This document shows positions 16,691-30,921 of a DNA stretch of 64,000 nucleotides, piece by piece (the stretch's first letter is position 1; each line of letters starts with the position of its first letter). The DNA is taken from the NCBI GenBank assembly GCA_951406725.2, contig OX597822.1:14446001-14510000 (forward strand), in the 5' to 3' direction. A program made the position numbers and the translations under genes. The DNA is from Octopus vulgaris (taxonomy: Eukaryota). The notes under the pieces are model-generated. The model worked only from the letters and a program-made list of their open reading frames with translations. It did not search any database and was not told where the DNA came from.

Positions 16691-16820
16691 ACCTTACAGC
16701 TGTTTCAGCCTATAGATAAAAGTATCTCATTCTGCCTATATTAGTCAGATGTATTGAGGTAATATGCAATTAAAAATGAGGTACTTATATATATATATAT
16801 CTCAAGGCCTCGTCAGCGGT
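16691..16820 (-). ncRNA. Type I hammerhead ribozyme-like motif with a ~100 nt stem II arm
   Basis: On the minus strand: ACCG-CTGACGA-GGCCT...AGGCT-GAAA-C(AGCT)G-TA-AGGT. The core is canonical, loop 3 is palindromic, and there is an inner helix AAGTACCTCATT/AATGAGATACTT. Confidence 0.75.
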
Positions 16821-16880
16821 TATAAAGTACAATTGTAAAAATGCAAATATAAATATGAAACAAAATACACATACATTTCG

Positions 16881-16927
<47 letters not shown>

Positions 16928-17217
16928 TAAATATACATACACATACGGTTACAGATAATCAATTATATATACTAGAATATAAATATACATCCATATTCAT
17001 GAGTCCATATACAACGTTCATTACATTACCAATATTATTATTATTAATATTAATATTAGATTATGTGCATTCTGCTATTCACAATACATAGTAAATGAAA
17101 TATACAACATAGAATATAGTATAATACAATATAATATAATATATTATATAGACAGATGTATATGAAAGATGCCAGCACATTATATATATACGTATCTACA
17201 TATATATATGTATATAG

Positions 17218-17293
<76 letters not shown>

Positions 17294-17349
17294 TATATAT
17301 ATATGTATATTCATATATACATATATGTATACATGTATATATATGTAAA

Positions 17350-17785
17350 CAAAATAAGCAGCAAGGATATCCAGCGGTAATGCAGTACGATCGTTTCTTA
17401 CAACTCCATTTAACTGAACAATGCAATTATTACATCAATTTAAAATTCAGAGCAATCTTCAGCTGCACAAAGACATAGAATTTAATCAAATTAGAACTGA
17501 TGGACACAGTAATATAATTATACCTAAAATCTCCAAGAAGTTAAGGAGATAGACATAGAACTTGCTGCCTCACTCCAGTTTAGAAGTTACTCCTTAACTT
17601 CTTGGAGATTTTAGGTATAATTATACTAATGTGTCCATCAGTTCTAATATAATTTAATTCTATGTTTTTGTGCAACTGAAGATTGCTATGCATTTTAAAT
17701 TGATGTGATGATTGCATTATTCAATTAAATGGAGTTGCATGAGACGATCGTACTGCATTACCGCTGGATATCCTTGTTGCTTATT

Positions 17786-17788
<3 letters not shown>
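17350..17788. mobile_element. Fold-back non-coding element: ~200 bp inverted arms (17350-17548 / 17590-17788), each carrying a hammerhead motif; probable Penelope pLTR derivative
   Basis: The arms are diverged reverse complements, flanked by (TA)n. The terminal CTTGTTGCTTATTTTGA is shared with 11756 and 35401. Confidence 0.85.
17381..17467 (-). ncRNA. Type I hammerhead ribozyme with a canonical core (mirror copy on + at 17671-17757 has GAAA>GAGA)
   Basis: TGCAG-CTGAAGA-TTGC...GTAA-GAAA-C(GATC)G-TA-CTGCA: perfect 5-bp stem I, intact core and palindromic loop 3. Confidence 0.85.
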
Positions 17789-17820
<32 letters not shown>

Positions 17821-17918
17821 CATACATACATATATACATACATACATACATACATACATACATACATACATACATACATACATACATACATACATACATA
17901 CGTACATACATACATACA

Positions 17919-17949
<31 letters not shown>

Positions 17950-18062
17950 CTTTTAAGTTCGTCTATACGAAACGTTTCTGAATGCGCTCACAATGCAATT
18001 CATTAAAGTGTTTACGAATGTGTGTGTGTGTATGTGTATGTTTGTGTGTCTATTTATAATAC

Positions 18063-18251
18063 CTTGACTTGGTGTGAACTGTAATCCCCGTTGACAGGTT
18101 GCTGTATGCTAATTAGTTGTACCAGTTCTCTGAAGCTTCTAGATTTGTAGTGTACATACACCGAGACGCAGCTTATTTCTATGGGATTAGTGAAACGAGA
18201 GATCGATCGCTCATGAGATGCCAATAAGCATCGAAAATCAATGCTTTCATT
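18063..18251 (-). other. Candidate 189-nt phase-0 internal exon of an unidentified gene
   Basis: Unique sequence with acceptor ATTTCTTTGCAG| and donor AAG|GTATT. It is open for 63 codons (NESIDFRCLL...SSHQVK) with no recognisable homology. Confidence 0.3.
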
Positions 18252-18625
18252 CTGCAAAGAAATATTTGTAAGCCTCTCGTGAAAAAATGCCAACAAATTC
18301 CGTGCATTATGTTATTCCACCTGCGCTGAGCTTCATTCGGCTTCGCGCCCGCTGCTTCCGTGCTTGCTGTAGCACCCTTCTACTCGACAGCGGAACTGAA
18401 AGTCACCTTATCTGCGATTGCATCTCACTCCCTCCAACTGACATGACCCAGAGACAAGCCAAGAAGGTAGGGCAAGATATTCACTACCAATATGGGCCGC
18501 AACCTCAGGAATGTGGGAAAATCATAATCTCAAGCGGAAGCAAAAGACCCCCAATATGTTCAATGCCATTCCTTAAACTGCTCTGTTTAAATGGCTAAGT
18601 ACCATATTTTTTGGATTTGGATGAG

Positions 18626-18858
18626 CGCAAGTGAGCTGGAAGAAACGTTAGCACGCCGGGCGAAATGCATTGCCGTATTTCGTCTGCCATTACGTTCCGA
18701 GTTCAAATTCCGCCGAGGTCGACTTTGCCTTTCATCCTTCCGGCGTCGATAAATTAAGTACCAGTTACGCACTGGGGTCGATGTAATCGACTTAATCCCT
18801 TTGTCTGTCCTTGTTTGTCTCCTCTGTGTTTAGCCCCTTGTGGGTAGTAAAGAAATAG
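18626..18858 (+). mobile_element. Family-B tRNA-derived SINE with a Nin/Deu-like central domain, well preserved
   Basis: A-box-like AGCTGG.AG and B-box GAGTTCAAATTC; GCCTTTCATCCTTCCGG.GTCGATAAATTAAGTACCAG domain; tail AGCCCCTTGTGGGTAGTAAAGAAATAG. Confidence 0.9.
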
Positions 18859-19254
18859 ATATTGGTTATGTTCACGAACATATGTGTGACTCTGTCATTT
18901 GTAGAGGAAATAATAATCAGCTGCATTCAAAATATTATTTGCAGGATTATAAGGAGCAAGTTTAAGGATTTGCGGTTGGTTATAACGCCCCAGCTATGAC
19001 CATTCAGGGGATGGTCATAGGTGGGTCGTCGGGTCCTTTTTCATCAAAATGCGCTACTTTCTGTTTTTAAAGCTCAACTTTCTGTACAACAACCCCGTAT
19101 AACCTCATTATAACCTCATTCTTTAAGGCGATTGAGGTGTGTTTTGAGGGCGATTTGGTTCTTGGTTCGCATAGGTTGATCCAGTGCGCAGGGGACCTTC
19201 CTTTGTTCGCTAAATAATTTGGTTAAACAGTTGACGGACGGGGGGGGGGGGGGC

Positions 19255-19445
19255 ATGAATGATGATGACGATGATGATGAAGATGATGATGATGAGGCGG
19301 AGGAGGAGGACAACGTCAACGATGATGATTATAATAATGACGACGAGCAGAACAATAACGACGACGATCGTTATAACGATGACAATGACGATGACACCAA
19401 CGATGACAACAAGGAATGGAGACGATGCTGACGGCGACGTTGATG
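19255..19445. repeat. Degenerate (GAT/GAC)n tract; a similar tract lies at 20805-21325
   Basis: Seen directly in the sequence. Confidence 0.85.
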
Positions 19446-19825
19446 GCAATATTTTAATGGCGCCACGTAATACAGGTGCGGTAAAAGGGAGGAAAAAAAC
19501 AGAAATAAATATTTATTCATATTAAATTGTAACAACTTTATAATGGATGACATTTTAGAAAGAAAGAAAAAACATAAAGAAAGAGAAAGAGAGAGAGAAG
19601 GAGAGTAGGAGAGAAGGAGAGGGAAAAGGATGACGAGAAAAGATGAAAGTATCCAATGTGGCCTGACAGTAAGGAAGAAAGCGGAACCATTTTTTGCACG
19701 TGCAGCATCCGAAAATCATTTATGGAGTGGATAATTTCTCTAATGGATTTATAAGGAGTCATTTAAGAGAGGCAGAGCAAGGAATGGGAAGAAGATTGGC
19801 CTGAGAGATGGAAAGAGAATGTGCA

Positions 19826-19873
<48 letters not shown>

Positions 19874-20141
19874 TGGTGACGGATCTGATTGAATTTACAT
19901 GCATAATGTGAGAGAATGAGAGAGGTTGTCTGCAAAGGGACATACATGAAAGAAAGAAAGAAAGAAAGAAAGAGTTTAAAGCTCTGCTAACACGATTTTT
20001 ATTGTTTTATTGTATTATTTTTCTAATCACAGACGGACATAAACACACACACATAGGACACACACACACACACACACTGACAAACATCCCAATATGGAAA
20101 AATGGATATATATATATATACAAATGCAAACACACATATAC

Positions 20142-20190
<49 letters not shown>

Positions 20191-21564
20191 TGGCTATGTA
20201 CATACACATGTATATTTATACGTATATGCATACATACATACACACGCTCGCACGCGAGGATAACATACATATACATATTCACATATATGCCAACATGGTA
20301 AGATTGGACTTAAAATTACGATGATGATCATGTCCGTGTATGTATGTATGTATGTATGTATGTATGTATGTATGTATGTATGTATATCTGTATGTATATT
20401 ATGTAGGATAATAACTTTATTTTATACAAGACAAGGCACATGAAGAAAAGGATATAAATTCACTACTGTATATATAATTTTTCTCTTGACTTTTCTTTAC
20501 TCTTCTTTGATAAAAGGATGTCCTCCGAAACGTTACAGTCTCCTTTTTTTATTGTCAGAATTCCCTGCTTTATTTTATTTGTTTGTTGGGTTGTTTGTTC
20601 AACTTTTCGCTTCGTAAACTTGCTAGTTTCATTTGTGCACTTTTATTTATCTCTCTCTCTTTCTCTCTTTCTCTCTCTCTCTCTTTCTTTCTCTCTCTCT
20701 CTCTCTCTCTTTCTTTCTCTCTCTATCTTTCTTTCTCTCTCTCTATATATATATATCTATATATATATAAATATATATATACAAATAACATAATAATTTT
20801 AGTTGGTGATGGTGATGGTGATGATGATGATGATGATGATGATGATTATGGCGATAATGATATGATGATGATGATGATGATGACAACGACGACGATGACA
20901 AGATAACGACTGCGACGGTGACAACGATTATGATAGTGATGATGATGATGATGATGATAATCATTATGATGATGATGATGATGATGATGATGATGGTTAT
21001 GATGATGGTGATGATGATGGTGATGACAACGTTGTTGGTGATGTTGGTGTTGTAGATGATTGGTGAAGATAATGAAGATGATGATGATGATGATCATGAT
21101 TATGATGATGGTGGTGATGGTGGTAGTGGTAGTAGTAGTGGTAGTGACGGTGACGATTATGACGATAATGATAACGATGACAGCGTCTATGATAATGGCT
21201 ACGACAATGACGACTGCAGCCGCGACAACGATAATGATGATGTTAGTGATGATAGTGATGATGATGATGATGATGAATGATGGTGGTGGTGGCGATGATG
21301 GTGGTGGTGGTGGTGGTGATGGTTGTAGCCATCATTGAACAATTGTCTGATCGCAGTTGAATGAATTAACAAATAACAAGAGAAAGGTGAGCTCCCTTCA
21401 CGGTTCATGGCACAATCCGTCTGCGCTGACGCCCACACGTTTGTTGTCAGATCTGTGAAGGGGATACAAGGGGAGAGGAAGAGGCAGAAAGGAGAAAACG
21501 AGTGGACAACGAGAGGGATTTACAGTGAAACAGTGTGATGGAGAGAGAAGGAAAGATAAAAACG

Positions 21565-21601
<37 letters not shown>

Positions 21602-21688
21602 AATGAAAGAGTGAGGAACGAGAGAGAGGGTCGGCTAATATTTGCGAATGACACTGATGTACTAAATGGTCTGTGCTGCAAATAAATA

Positions 21689-21719
<31 letters not shown>

Positions 21720-22249
21720 CTTCTTCTTCTTCTTCTTCTTCTTCTTTTTCTTCTTCTCCTCCTCCTTCCCCCCCTCTTCCTTCTTATTCTCCTTCCCTCG
21801 TCCTCCTTTTACGTCACCTTTATTTCGTCACCTTTTATTTCTCCTTCTTCTCTTCTATCCTTCTATTCTTATTTTCCTTCTTTTTCTTCTCCTCCTTCCT
21901 TTCCCCTCCTCCTTTTCCCTCTTCTTCATCTTTATCTTCTTCAAAAAAGTCCCGCCGTAAGACCGAACCCGAGATCGCGTGTTTACGAACTGAACTTGTC
22001 AGGCATATGTGTATGTGTACAAATGTGTAACGTTTTTCTCTACCTGTGTTATGTTATTGCGGTTCACGAAATTTCGACCGACCTTACTGGGGTACCATAA
22101 TTAATATCTCACTATAGAAGCTGATGAGTAGCTGTTGCTTGCGAAACCTCGAAGCAATCGTCACCTTGAGATATGTTTCATTAAAATACTAAACTATATT
22201 ATATTTTCTACCATATTCTATAATGTCAAATATTGCGTGATGTTGTCAT

Positions 22250-22465
22250 AAGTCGGTGATCTGGCTGAATCGTTACCACGACGGACAAAATGTCTAGCGG
22301 AATTACATGGATCTTTAGGTTCTGGTTTCAATTTCTGCTGAGATCCAATTTGCTCTTTACTCTCTCGGGGTCGATAGAATAAGTACGGTTTGAGCTCCGG
22401 TGTAGATAAAATCAACTTAACCTTTTCTCCTGAAATTACTGGACCTGTGCCAAAATTTGAAGAGA
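22250..22465 (+). mobile_element. Decayed family-B SINE
   Basis: GGTGATCTGGCTGAATCGTTA head, CGGGGTCGATAGAATAAGTAC, and tail CTGTGCCAAAATTTGAA. Confidence 0.7.
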
Positions 22466-22933
22466 ATTTAATGTTTCTGTTATTCATTTTGTTGAGAGGC
22501 GGGAGCTGAACTTAAATGGGAGAAAGAAAAAATCCTGGCAACAGCAGGGAACGCTGAACGTGTTGACTAGAATCACTAGAAATAGCAGCAAAGTTAATTT
22601 CAATTTGAGACAGAAAATCAAACATCCAGGTGAGAGAGGAGAAAGTATATAAGATTTAAGGAAACGATTTAATAGAGTACGTTTTATCATTTACTTGTTC
22701 CAGGCACAGACCTGTGGCCATGCTGGGCAACGGCTTGATGGATTTAGTCAGACAATGTGATCCCAGTACAAATCTTAGACCTGGTTCTTAGTCTATGGGT
22801 CTCTTTTTATTGAATTGCAAATTTACCCTAAACATAAACATACCAACGTCGGTCGTCAAGTGGAGATAGAAAAAAAACACACACACATATAAAATATATA
22901 ATACATACATACATACGTACGTACATAAATACA

Positions 22934-22968
<35 letters not shown>

Positions 22969-23146
22969 GTACCACGTCCTCTCGTTGTTTTTTCTTCTCT
23001 TTTTACTCCGTTTTTTATTAATTATATGTATATACACACATATGTGTGTGAGTGTGAGTGTGTGTATATATATATGTGTGTACATATATATATATATGTT
23101 TATATACATATACACACAAACATATATATATAGATACATATACACA

Positions 23147-23191
<45 letters not shown>

Positions 23192-23218
23192 TATGTATGT
23201 ATATGTGTGTGTGCGTGT

Positions 23219-23603
23219 ATTCTTTTAGTTGCTTTAGTCATATGACTGCGGCCATACTGGAGCACCGCCATTTAATTGAACGAATAAACCATAGGCCTTA
23301 TTCTTTGTAAGCCTAGTACTTACTCTTTCTGTCTCATTTGCCGAGACGCTAAGTTACGCGACATAACATCGGTTGTCAATTGATGGTGGGAGACAAACAC
23401 AGACACATAAATGCATATGTGTGTGTGTGTCTGTTTCTGTGGCTGTGTGGTAAGTAGTTTGCTTACAGCCCACATGGTTCCGGGTTCAGTTCCACTGCGT
23501 GGAACCTTGGGCAAATGTATTCTACTACAGCGTCGGACCGACCAAACCCTTGTTAGTGGATTTGGTAGACGGAAACTGATAAAAGCCCGTTGTATGTATG
23601 TAT

Positions 23604-23663
<60 letters not shown>

Positions 23664-23908
23664 ATATATATATGTTTATGTGCCTGTGTTTGTCCCCCCA
23701 CCATCGCTTGACAACAGATGTTGGTGTGCTTACGTTCCCGTAACTTATCGGTTCTGTAAAAGAGACCGATAAAATAACTACTAGGCTTACAAAGTATAAG
23801 TCCTGAGGTCGATTTGTGAGACAAAAGGCGCTGCTCCAGCATGTCCACAGTTGAATGTCTGAAACAAATAAAAGAATAAAAGAATAAAAGAAGAAGAATA
23901 TATGTGTA

Positions 23909-23941
<33 letters not shown>

Positions 23942-24133
23942 ATGTATGTATGTATGTATGTATGTATGTACATACATACATACATACATACATACACACA
24001 TACACACACACTCACACACATATATATATATATACGATGGGATTCTTTCAGTTTCCGTCTACCATATCCAATTACCAGGCTTTGGTCGGTCTGAAGCTGT
24101 AGTAGAAGACACTTACCCACCAAGGTGCCACGC
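23219..24133 (-). mobile_element. Older family-A SINE split by a nested opposite-strand family-A SINE
   Basis: Its tail half (23219-23410) and head half (24033-24133) are both on the minus strand. Confidence 0.8.
23438..23890 (+). mobile_element. Family-A SINE (the nested copy)
   Basis: GTGGCTGTGTGGTAAGTAG head through to the CTGAAAC...(AAAAGAAT)n tail. Confidence 0.9.
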
Positions 24134-24956
24134 AAAAAGAGAAACGAGCACGCAATCCAACGAGGAAAGCAAGATCCCAACAATAGCTGAGAAGCTCAGG
24201 ATTGAAAGCAGAGATTGAAAGATTTGTAGTTGCAGCACAAGACCTTCCCACCAGAAATTACCAAAATCATGTAATGAAAAGAAATACAAGTAACTGCAGC
24301 ATATGTGGAGATGGACAAGAAACAATAGATCATATTATCTCTGGCTGCCCAGTCCTGGCTAAAAAAGGAATATATTCACAGACACGACAGAGTTGGGACC
24401 TGTATGCACAGGAAGCTATGCCAACGCTATAGAATAACAACAGAGAAAAAGATGGTATAGGCACACGCCAGAAAAGGTCACCGAAAATGAGATAGCAACC
24501 ATACTCTGGGATATGCCAATATACACAGGTAGAGAAATTAAGACCAATATGCCGGATATAGTTGTCAGAGATCATGAAAAAAAAGTGCTTTCTAATTGAT
24601 GTGTCGGTACCAGCAGATGACAACGTGTCTCTAAAAGAAATGGAGAAACTCTCAAAATACAAAGACCTGGAAATAGAGGTAACTCGAATGTGGAATCTAA
24701 AAACAGATACAATTCCTATCATAGTGGGCGCATTAGGTATGATAAAAAATATTCAGACCAATACATAACAAAAACACTAGGACTAACAAATATATATAAC
24801 ATACAGAAAATTGCACTACTGGACACTGCACATATCCTACGTAAACACTTTCAATACAGTAACCATAAGAGCATCACAACAAACCACAGCACATACCCAA
24901 GGCGCACAGAGCTGCGCTCGGTAGTGAAGTGAAAGCACGCTATAAAAATACGACTA

Positions 24957-24959
<3 letters not shown>
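24134..24959 (+). mobile_element. 5'-truncated Dong retrotransposon, subfamily 1 (Zn knuckle + RLE + 3' UTR)
   Basis: AAQDLPTRNY, CSICGDGQETIDHIISGC, PDIV and EKLSKYKDL. The 3' end ACTACTG|(AAT)n is the same as at 3614. Confidence 0.92.
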
Positions 24960-25006
<47 letters not shown>

Positions 25007-25021
25007 TAATAATAATGATAA

Positions 25022-25490
25022 TAACGGTATGACCAAATCCCAGAAGTCACTGAGAATGAAGACTGCAAAATCCTGTGGGGTGCAATGATTCAGTGAGACC
25101 ATCAGATCAGACATCGAAAGCCTGACATTATTGTGGTGCACAAAAAAGAAAACACTTGTATGATAATGGACATGACATGATGACAACAGGATGAAAGAGA
25201 AAGACAAAGAAAAAGTGAACAGCTTTGACGGTTTGAAGTGGGAAATATGCAGGTTGTAGGCAAATAAGAGAGTGGGCGTGATACCAATAGTAATTGGTAC
25301 ACTTGGAAGTATCACCTGTAAACAACCAACATGGCTGAAAATGATTGGTGCAAGTGTGAAGGTAGAACACTTACAAAAGTGCTTGGAACTGCAAGAGTCC
25401 TTCGCGAGGTTTTGAAGCACGACCAGTAAACAAGTGTCACCTAAGGCTGCTGCCTGATGACAGCTGACACTTTCCCAGCAAGTTCGGATC
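25022..25490 (+). mobile_element. Decayed RLE C-terminal fragment of a further Dong subfamily
   Basis: ENEDCKILW...HRKPDIIVV...IPIVIGTLG; begins in the (AAT)n tail of the previous copy. Confidence 0.8.
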
Positions 25491-25850
25491 AGGGGATAAG
25501 TCGCTTACATCGATTCCAGTACTCAACTGGTACTTAATTTATCGACCCCGAAAAGATGAAAGACAAAGTCAATCTCGGCGGAATTTGAACTCAGAACGTA
25601 GCGACAGCCGAAATACCTATTTCTTTACTACCCACGTAGGGCTAAACACAGAGAGGACAAACAAGGACAGACAAACGGATTAAGTCGATTATATCGACCC
25701 CAGTGCGTAACTGGTACTTATTTAACCGATCCTGAAAGGATGAAAGGCAAAGTCGACCTCGGCGGAATTTGAACTCGGAACGTAGCGACGGGCGAAATAC
25801 CGCTAAGCATTTCGTCCAGCGTGCTAACGATGCTGCCAGCTCACCACCTT
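25491..25850 (-). mobile_element. Composite family-B SINE: a full copy (25617-25850) joined to a partial copy (25491-25616)
   Basis: Reverse complement of the 18626 type; junction AAGAAATAG|GTATTTCG. Confidence 0.88.
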
Positions 25851-25852
25851 CC

Positions 25853-25912
<60 letters not shown>

Positions 25913-26378
25913 TAATAATAATAAATGCATAAATAAATAAATAGATAAACAAATAAAATAGAACGTTATGCCTTTAGTTTGACGTTCATATTGCCTTCAC
26001 CTTTATTTCCTGAAATATTATTACTTCTACAGCTGTTACTGCCTCTGTCACCGCTGCTGCTGCTGCTGCTGCTGTTGTTGTTGTTGTTACTGGTTCGACG
26101 GCTGTTGTTGTTATTGTTACTAATATCGTTGGTGAATATGAATAAAAAGAAAATTAATCACAACACGTGACATTAATTAGGGGAAAAAATAAAACAAATC
26201 TTTCGAGGTTTTTGGAAAATCGAATTTAGATGAAGGTAAAGCGAGATATATTCAATTGTTGAGTATTTCACGATCTAGTTTCGAATACTGTTATAAGATG
26301 CTTTCAATTAATTCATTTGTGGGACTCGAAGAAAGGCACACACACCGTAAAATCTTCCTTTCGCAATAATTATCTTAA

Positions 26379-26750
26379 TTACCTCCGTCTTAGCGAAGGC
26401 GGTGAGATTGTTTTCAGCCGTGGTTCTTTGTTCGTGGACAGGATATTTCAAGAACCGTTGGATGGATTCGGATGAAACTTTCAGGGATGTTTGGCCTCAT
26501 GACTGGCACGAACTGATTAGACTTTGAGATCGATCCAATATAGGACAAGGATTCTGGATCATTTCTCCGCTTATTGTTTCTTTACTTAATTTTTGAGAGC
26601 GGTCAGGTTCATTTTTAGTATTCTCGTTTGTAGAGCAGTCGAGTTTATTTCATATATTCTCATTTTGAAAAGTCCTGTCTGGCTAATCGTTGAGAGGACG
26701 TTGGTGTTGCCTTGGCGGAGGTTTGTGCTCTCTGAGTGCTCTTGTCTTGT
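26379..26750 (+). mobile_element. Non-autonomous Helentron / DINE-1-like element (HINE)
   Basis: Subterminal inverted repeats ACCTCCGTC / GGCGGAGGT, 3' hairpin GTGCTCTCTGAGTGC, internal GGATGGATT..GATGAAACTT core and T-rich flanks. Confidence 0.75.
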
Positions 26751-27132
26751 TTTTATTTTCTAGACCTAAAAATTAAATGCCATTTGACACAACTGCTCAT
26801 ATCTATTTCCGTTCTTTGCGTTGTACATAGGTTCGCTCTTGCAAATTTTTGTTGCATGTTACTCTTTCTGTGAGAACACTGGTTGATTCAAAGAAGTCAA
26901 TGGTCGACTGTATCAATATTTTAAATATGCTTAAGCATGTGTATAAATGATTAGTTGTATGTACGCATTTTAGTTAAAGTTGTTTTATTTATATAGGATT
27001 CAAAATATCGACAACCATATGCGATTTATAATCGAAATCATTTTTCATCTGTCTTTCACTTACTGAAATCGATTCCATGATGAAAAGTGGTTCGAGCTTC
27101 CATAATTTCGTCTTCAATTCTTCGCTTTAAAT

Positions 27133-27514
27133 CAACGGTTCTCTACTTTTCTTTTTGTAGCGTCCCTACTTTAAGTAGTTGTTATGTCTCATGTCCACCT
27201 GAGTGGTGAGTGAGGTATCACAACTAAACTAATTTAACATCGATGATGATTTATGAATTTTACTCTCAGAATGGATTCTATAAGCTTTTAACAGTGAAAT
27301 GATTAAAAAATAATTTAGACAAAAGTTGTAAATTTACTTTACACATTGCAAGTTAATGACTTCTCTGTGCCCGATGAGCTCTTGTTTTATTTTGATAACC
27401 ATTACTAGGTTTATATTACCTAAGCTGCCCTTTACCGTCCCCTAAAGCCTAACCCCTCCTTCAACATGCCCAGATCCCCTTGAGGGTGAGTATCGGCCCC
27501 GTTGAGAACCTCTG
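27133..27514. mobile_element. hAT (Charlie-like) MITE
   Basis: TIRs CAACGGTTCTCTAC / GTTGAGAACCTCTG and a perfect 8-bp TSD CTTTAAAT (27125-27132, 27515-27522). Confidence 0.88.
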
Positions 27515-28544
27515 CTTTAAATGATCTGCTTTAAGTTATTTGTGATTGTAATTCTTTAGACCTGATCACAAAGATTACTCCGAAAGCTGAAAAGATGAAG
27601 CTAGCGAGACAGAGATCTGCAGGGACCAGATAAGCAGCCTACCTCTGCCAAACTAACGCTTTGGAAATGGCGCTGTGGGGAATTCTTGTATATTGAGACT
27701 CCAGAATTCAGAATCCTTTTTATTGTAGAATATGGTCAAGAATATTCTTTTGTCTGGTTCCAAGGCATTTTTCATGAAAACCAAGCTGATATACTTTCCT
27801 ATTGTAATCTCAGAAAAAAGAGGAACCAAAAACGGGGTTGTATTGTGTTGTGGACCCAAATATTAACTCACAGAATTTCCTTAGAGTTTTTCATAACCTC
27901 AAAATCGATAATTAAATTTCTTGATAGTTTTCTCCACAACACTACAAAAATAAAATGAAGGGTCACTCTATCACTGAATATAATCTTCATCACACAATCT
28001 ATATAACTAACCAGTAATGGGTTAAAACAGTCCCACACTAACATATTTATTACCGTTAATTAACTTCTAAACCATTGACAAATTATAATATTTCATTACA
28101 TTCTGGATACGTATGAAGAGAGAGGTAATACTTAAAACTGTTTCTTTGAAGCTTCTTTTAAAATAGCTAGATTTTTTTAAAAACGGATGGTAACAGATAG
28201 GGGTTTGACGAAGACTAACTTACGTAACTCGTCCTCAACAAAACCTGAAATTTGAGGAGCTTAAAAGTTTCCTCAATGGTGACATAACGAGTCATGTTCT
28301 GATCTACTTCTTTATTCCACAAACCAAATGGATTTGTAGAACTGAGTCACTGAGTCGGAGATATATAACGGCATCATTACAACCGCCAATACTTTCACAA
28401 TTTGCAAACGTTATTTTACTAATAACTATTACTTCTATAGTATGTATGTATGTATGTATGTATGTATGTATGTATGTATGTATGTATGTATGTATGTATG
28501 TATGTATGTATGTATGTATGCATGTATGTATGTGTGTATGTATG

Positions 28545-28576
<32 letters not shown>

Positions 28577-28990
28577 CATGTATGTATGTATGTGTGTATG
28601 TGTGTATGTATGCATGTATGTATGTATGCATGTATGTATGTATGTAGGCATGTATGTATGTATGTATGAATGTATGCGTGTATGAATGTATGTATGTATA
28701 TGTGTGTCTTTAACTAAATATATTCTATGAGAATATGATATACCGAATTTAAAATGAGTGCTCTTTGTACATAAGTGTCAACGTATTAATATCATTAAGT
28801 ATTTAGACATTTAATACGAGCAATTATATATAATATATCGTGAAATAATAGCAGGAAAATCAAAATAAAAAGACATTTCACAAAGATATATATGTAAAAT
28901 GATATTGTATTAAATATATATATATGTATACATTATATTTATATAAATATATATAAATCTGCATATGGTTAAGTATACACATATGTATAC

Positions 28991-29715
<725 letters not shown>

Positions 29716-29965
29716 TTACATATACATATAGTATATGTAAATATATAAAGTAAGACAGTTTAAAGTTAAGTATTTAATGCATCTTACAATCGTTTCGCAA
29801 AAGTATTGTCTTTATAATGGAATCCAAGATTGATAAACATTGATAGGCAATACGTCCGAATGTATTAATCAAAAGCTATTTTTAAAATATGAAAGAATAT
29901 ATGAAAAGGATGTTTTTTTAAAAATATAAATCAATAATTACTGGGTTTGATTTCTGTGTGTGTGC

Positions 29966-30291
<326 letters not shown>

Positions 30292-30328
30292 TATATATAT
30301 GAACTGGCAAAATTACCATTCCGAAATT

Positions 30329-30393
<65 letters not shown>

Positions 30394-30921
30394 AGGAAAA
30401 TTTTTTTTAAAAATGCAGAATGCTCAAATGAAAGAAAATTTTAATAAAATGAGAAATTGATAAAATATATAAATATATATTTATTCAACCGGTTTTCGTC
30501 ATTGTATGACTTGTCAAGAATATTTATGTTTTAAGAAGTTTTTTTAAAAATTAGAAAGGGGAAAAAAAGAAAATTGCATTGTTTTTTGCAAAAGAATAAT
30601 GATAAAAATGTACAAAAATTAAAAACTAAGTTCTCCGATACATTGTGAGTTCGTTGTGTATCTTGAGTTTTATGGTTGTTCACGAAAAAATTACCTTGAG
30701 GTGTTAAGATCCAAAGGGATTAAGAGCATGTGTTGTATGGTTTAATTCAGCATGTTTGCAGGACAGGAAGTAGTAGTAATTGTGGTTCTTCAGTTCCTGT
30801 GTTGTGAGTAAGGGGAGACAACTCTTTTGAGTTCTTCAATAAAACCCAAATTATAAAATTATCATTTTAGCTTCATTTGCGTTATCTTTTATATATAATT
30901 GCTTGTTACGTTAACTTTCAG

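Noticed and set aside
18626-18720. tRNA gene suggested by A/B boxes (also in family-A heads)
   Set aside because: No full cloverleaf; continues into a repeated SINE body and tail.
20495-20540. Additional HHR-like remnants (also ~29780, ~46805, ~54930)
   Set aside because: Only the GAAAC half or a heavily mutated core is present, so they are not called as features.
27560-27633. Possible plus-strand terminal exon (LITKITPKAEKMKLARQRSAGTR*)
   Set aside because: Weak acceptor, no homology, and no compatible upstream exon.
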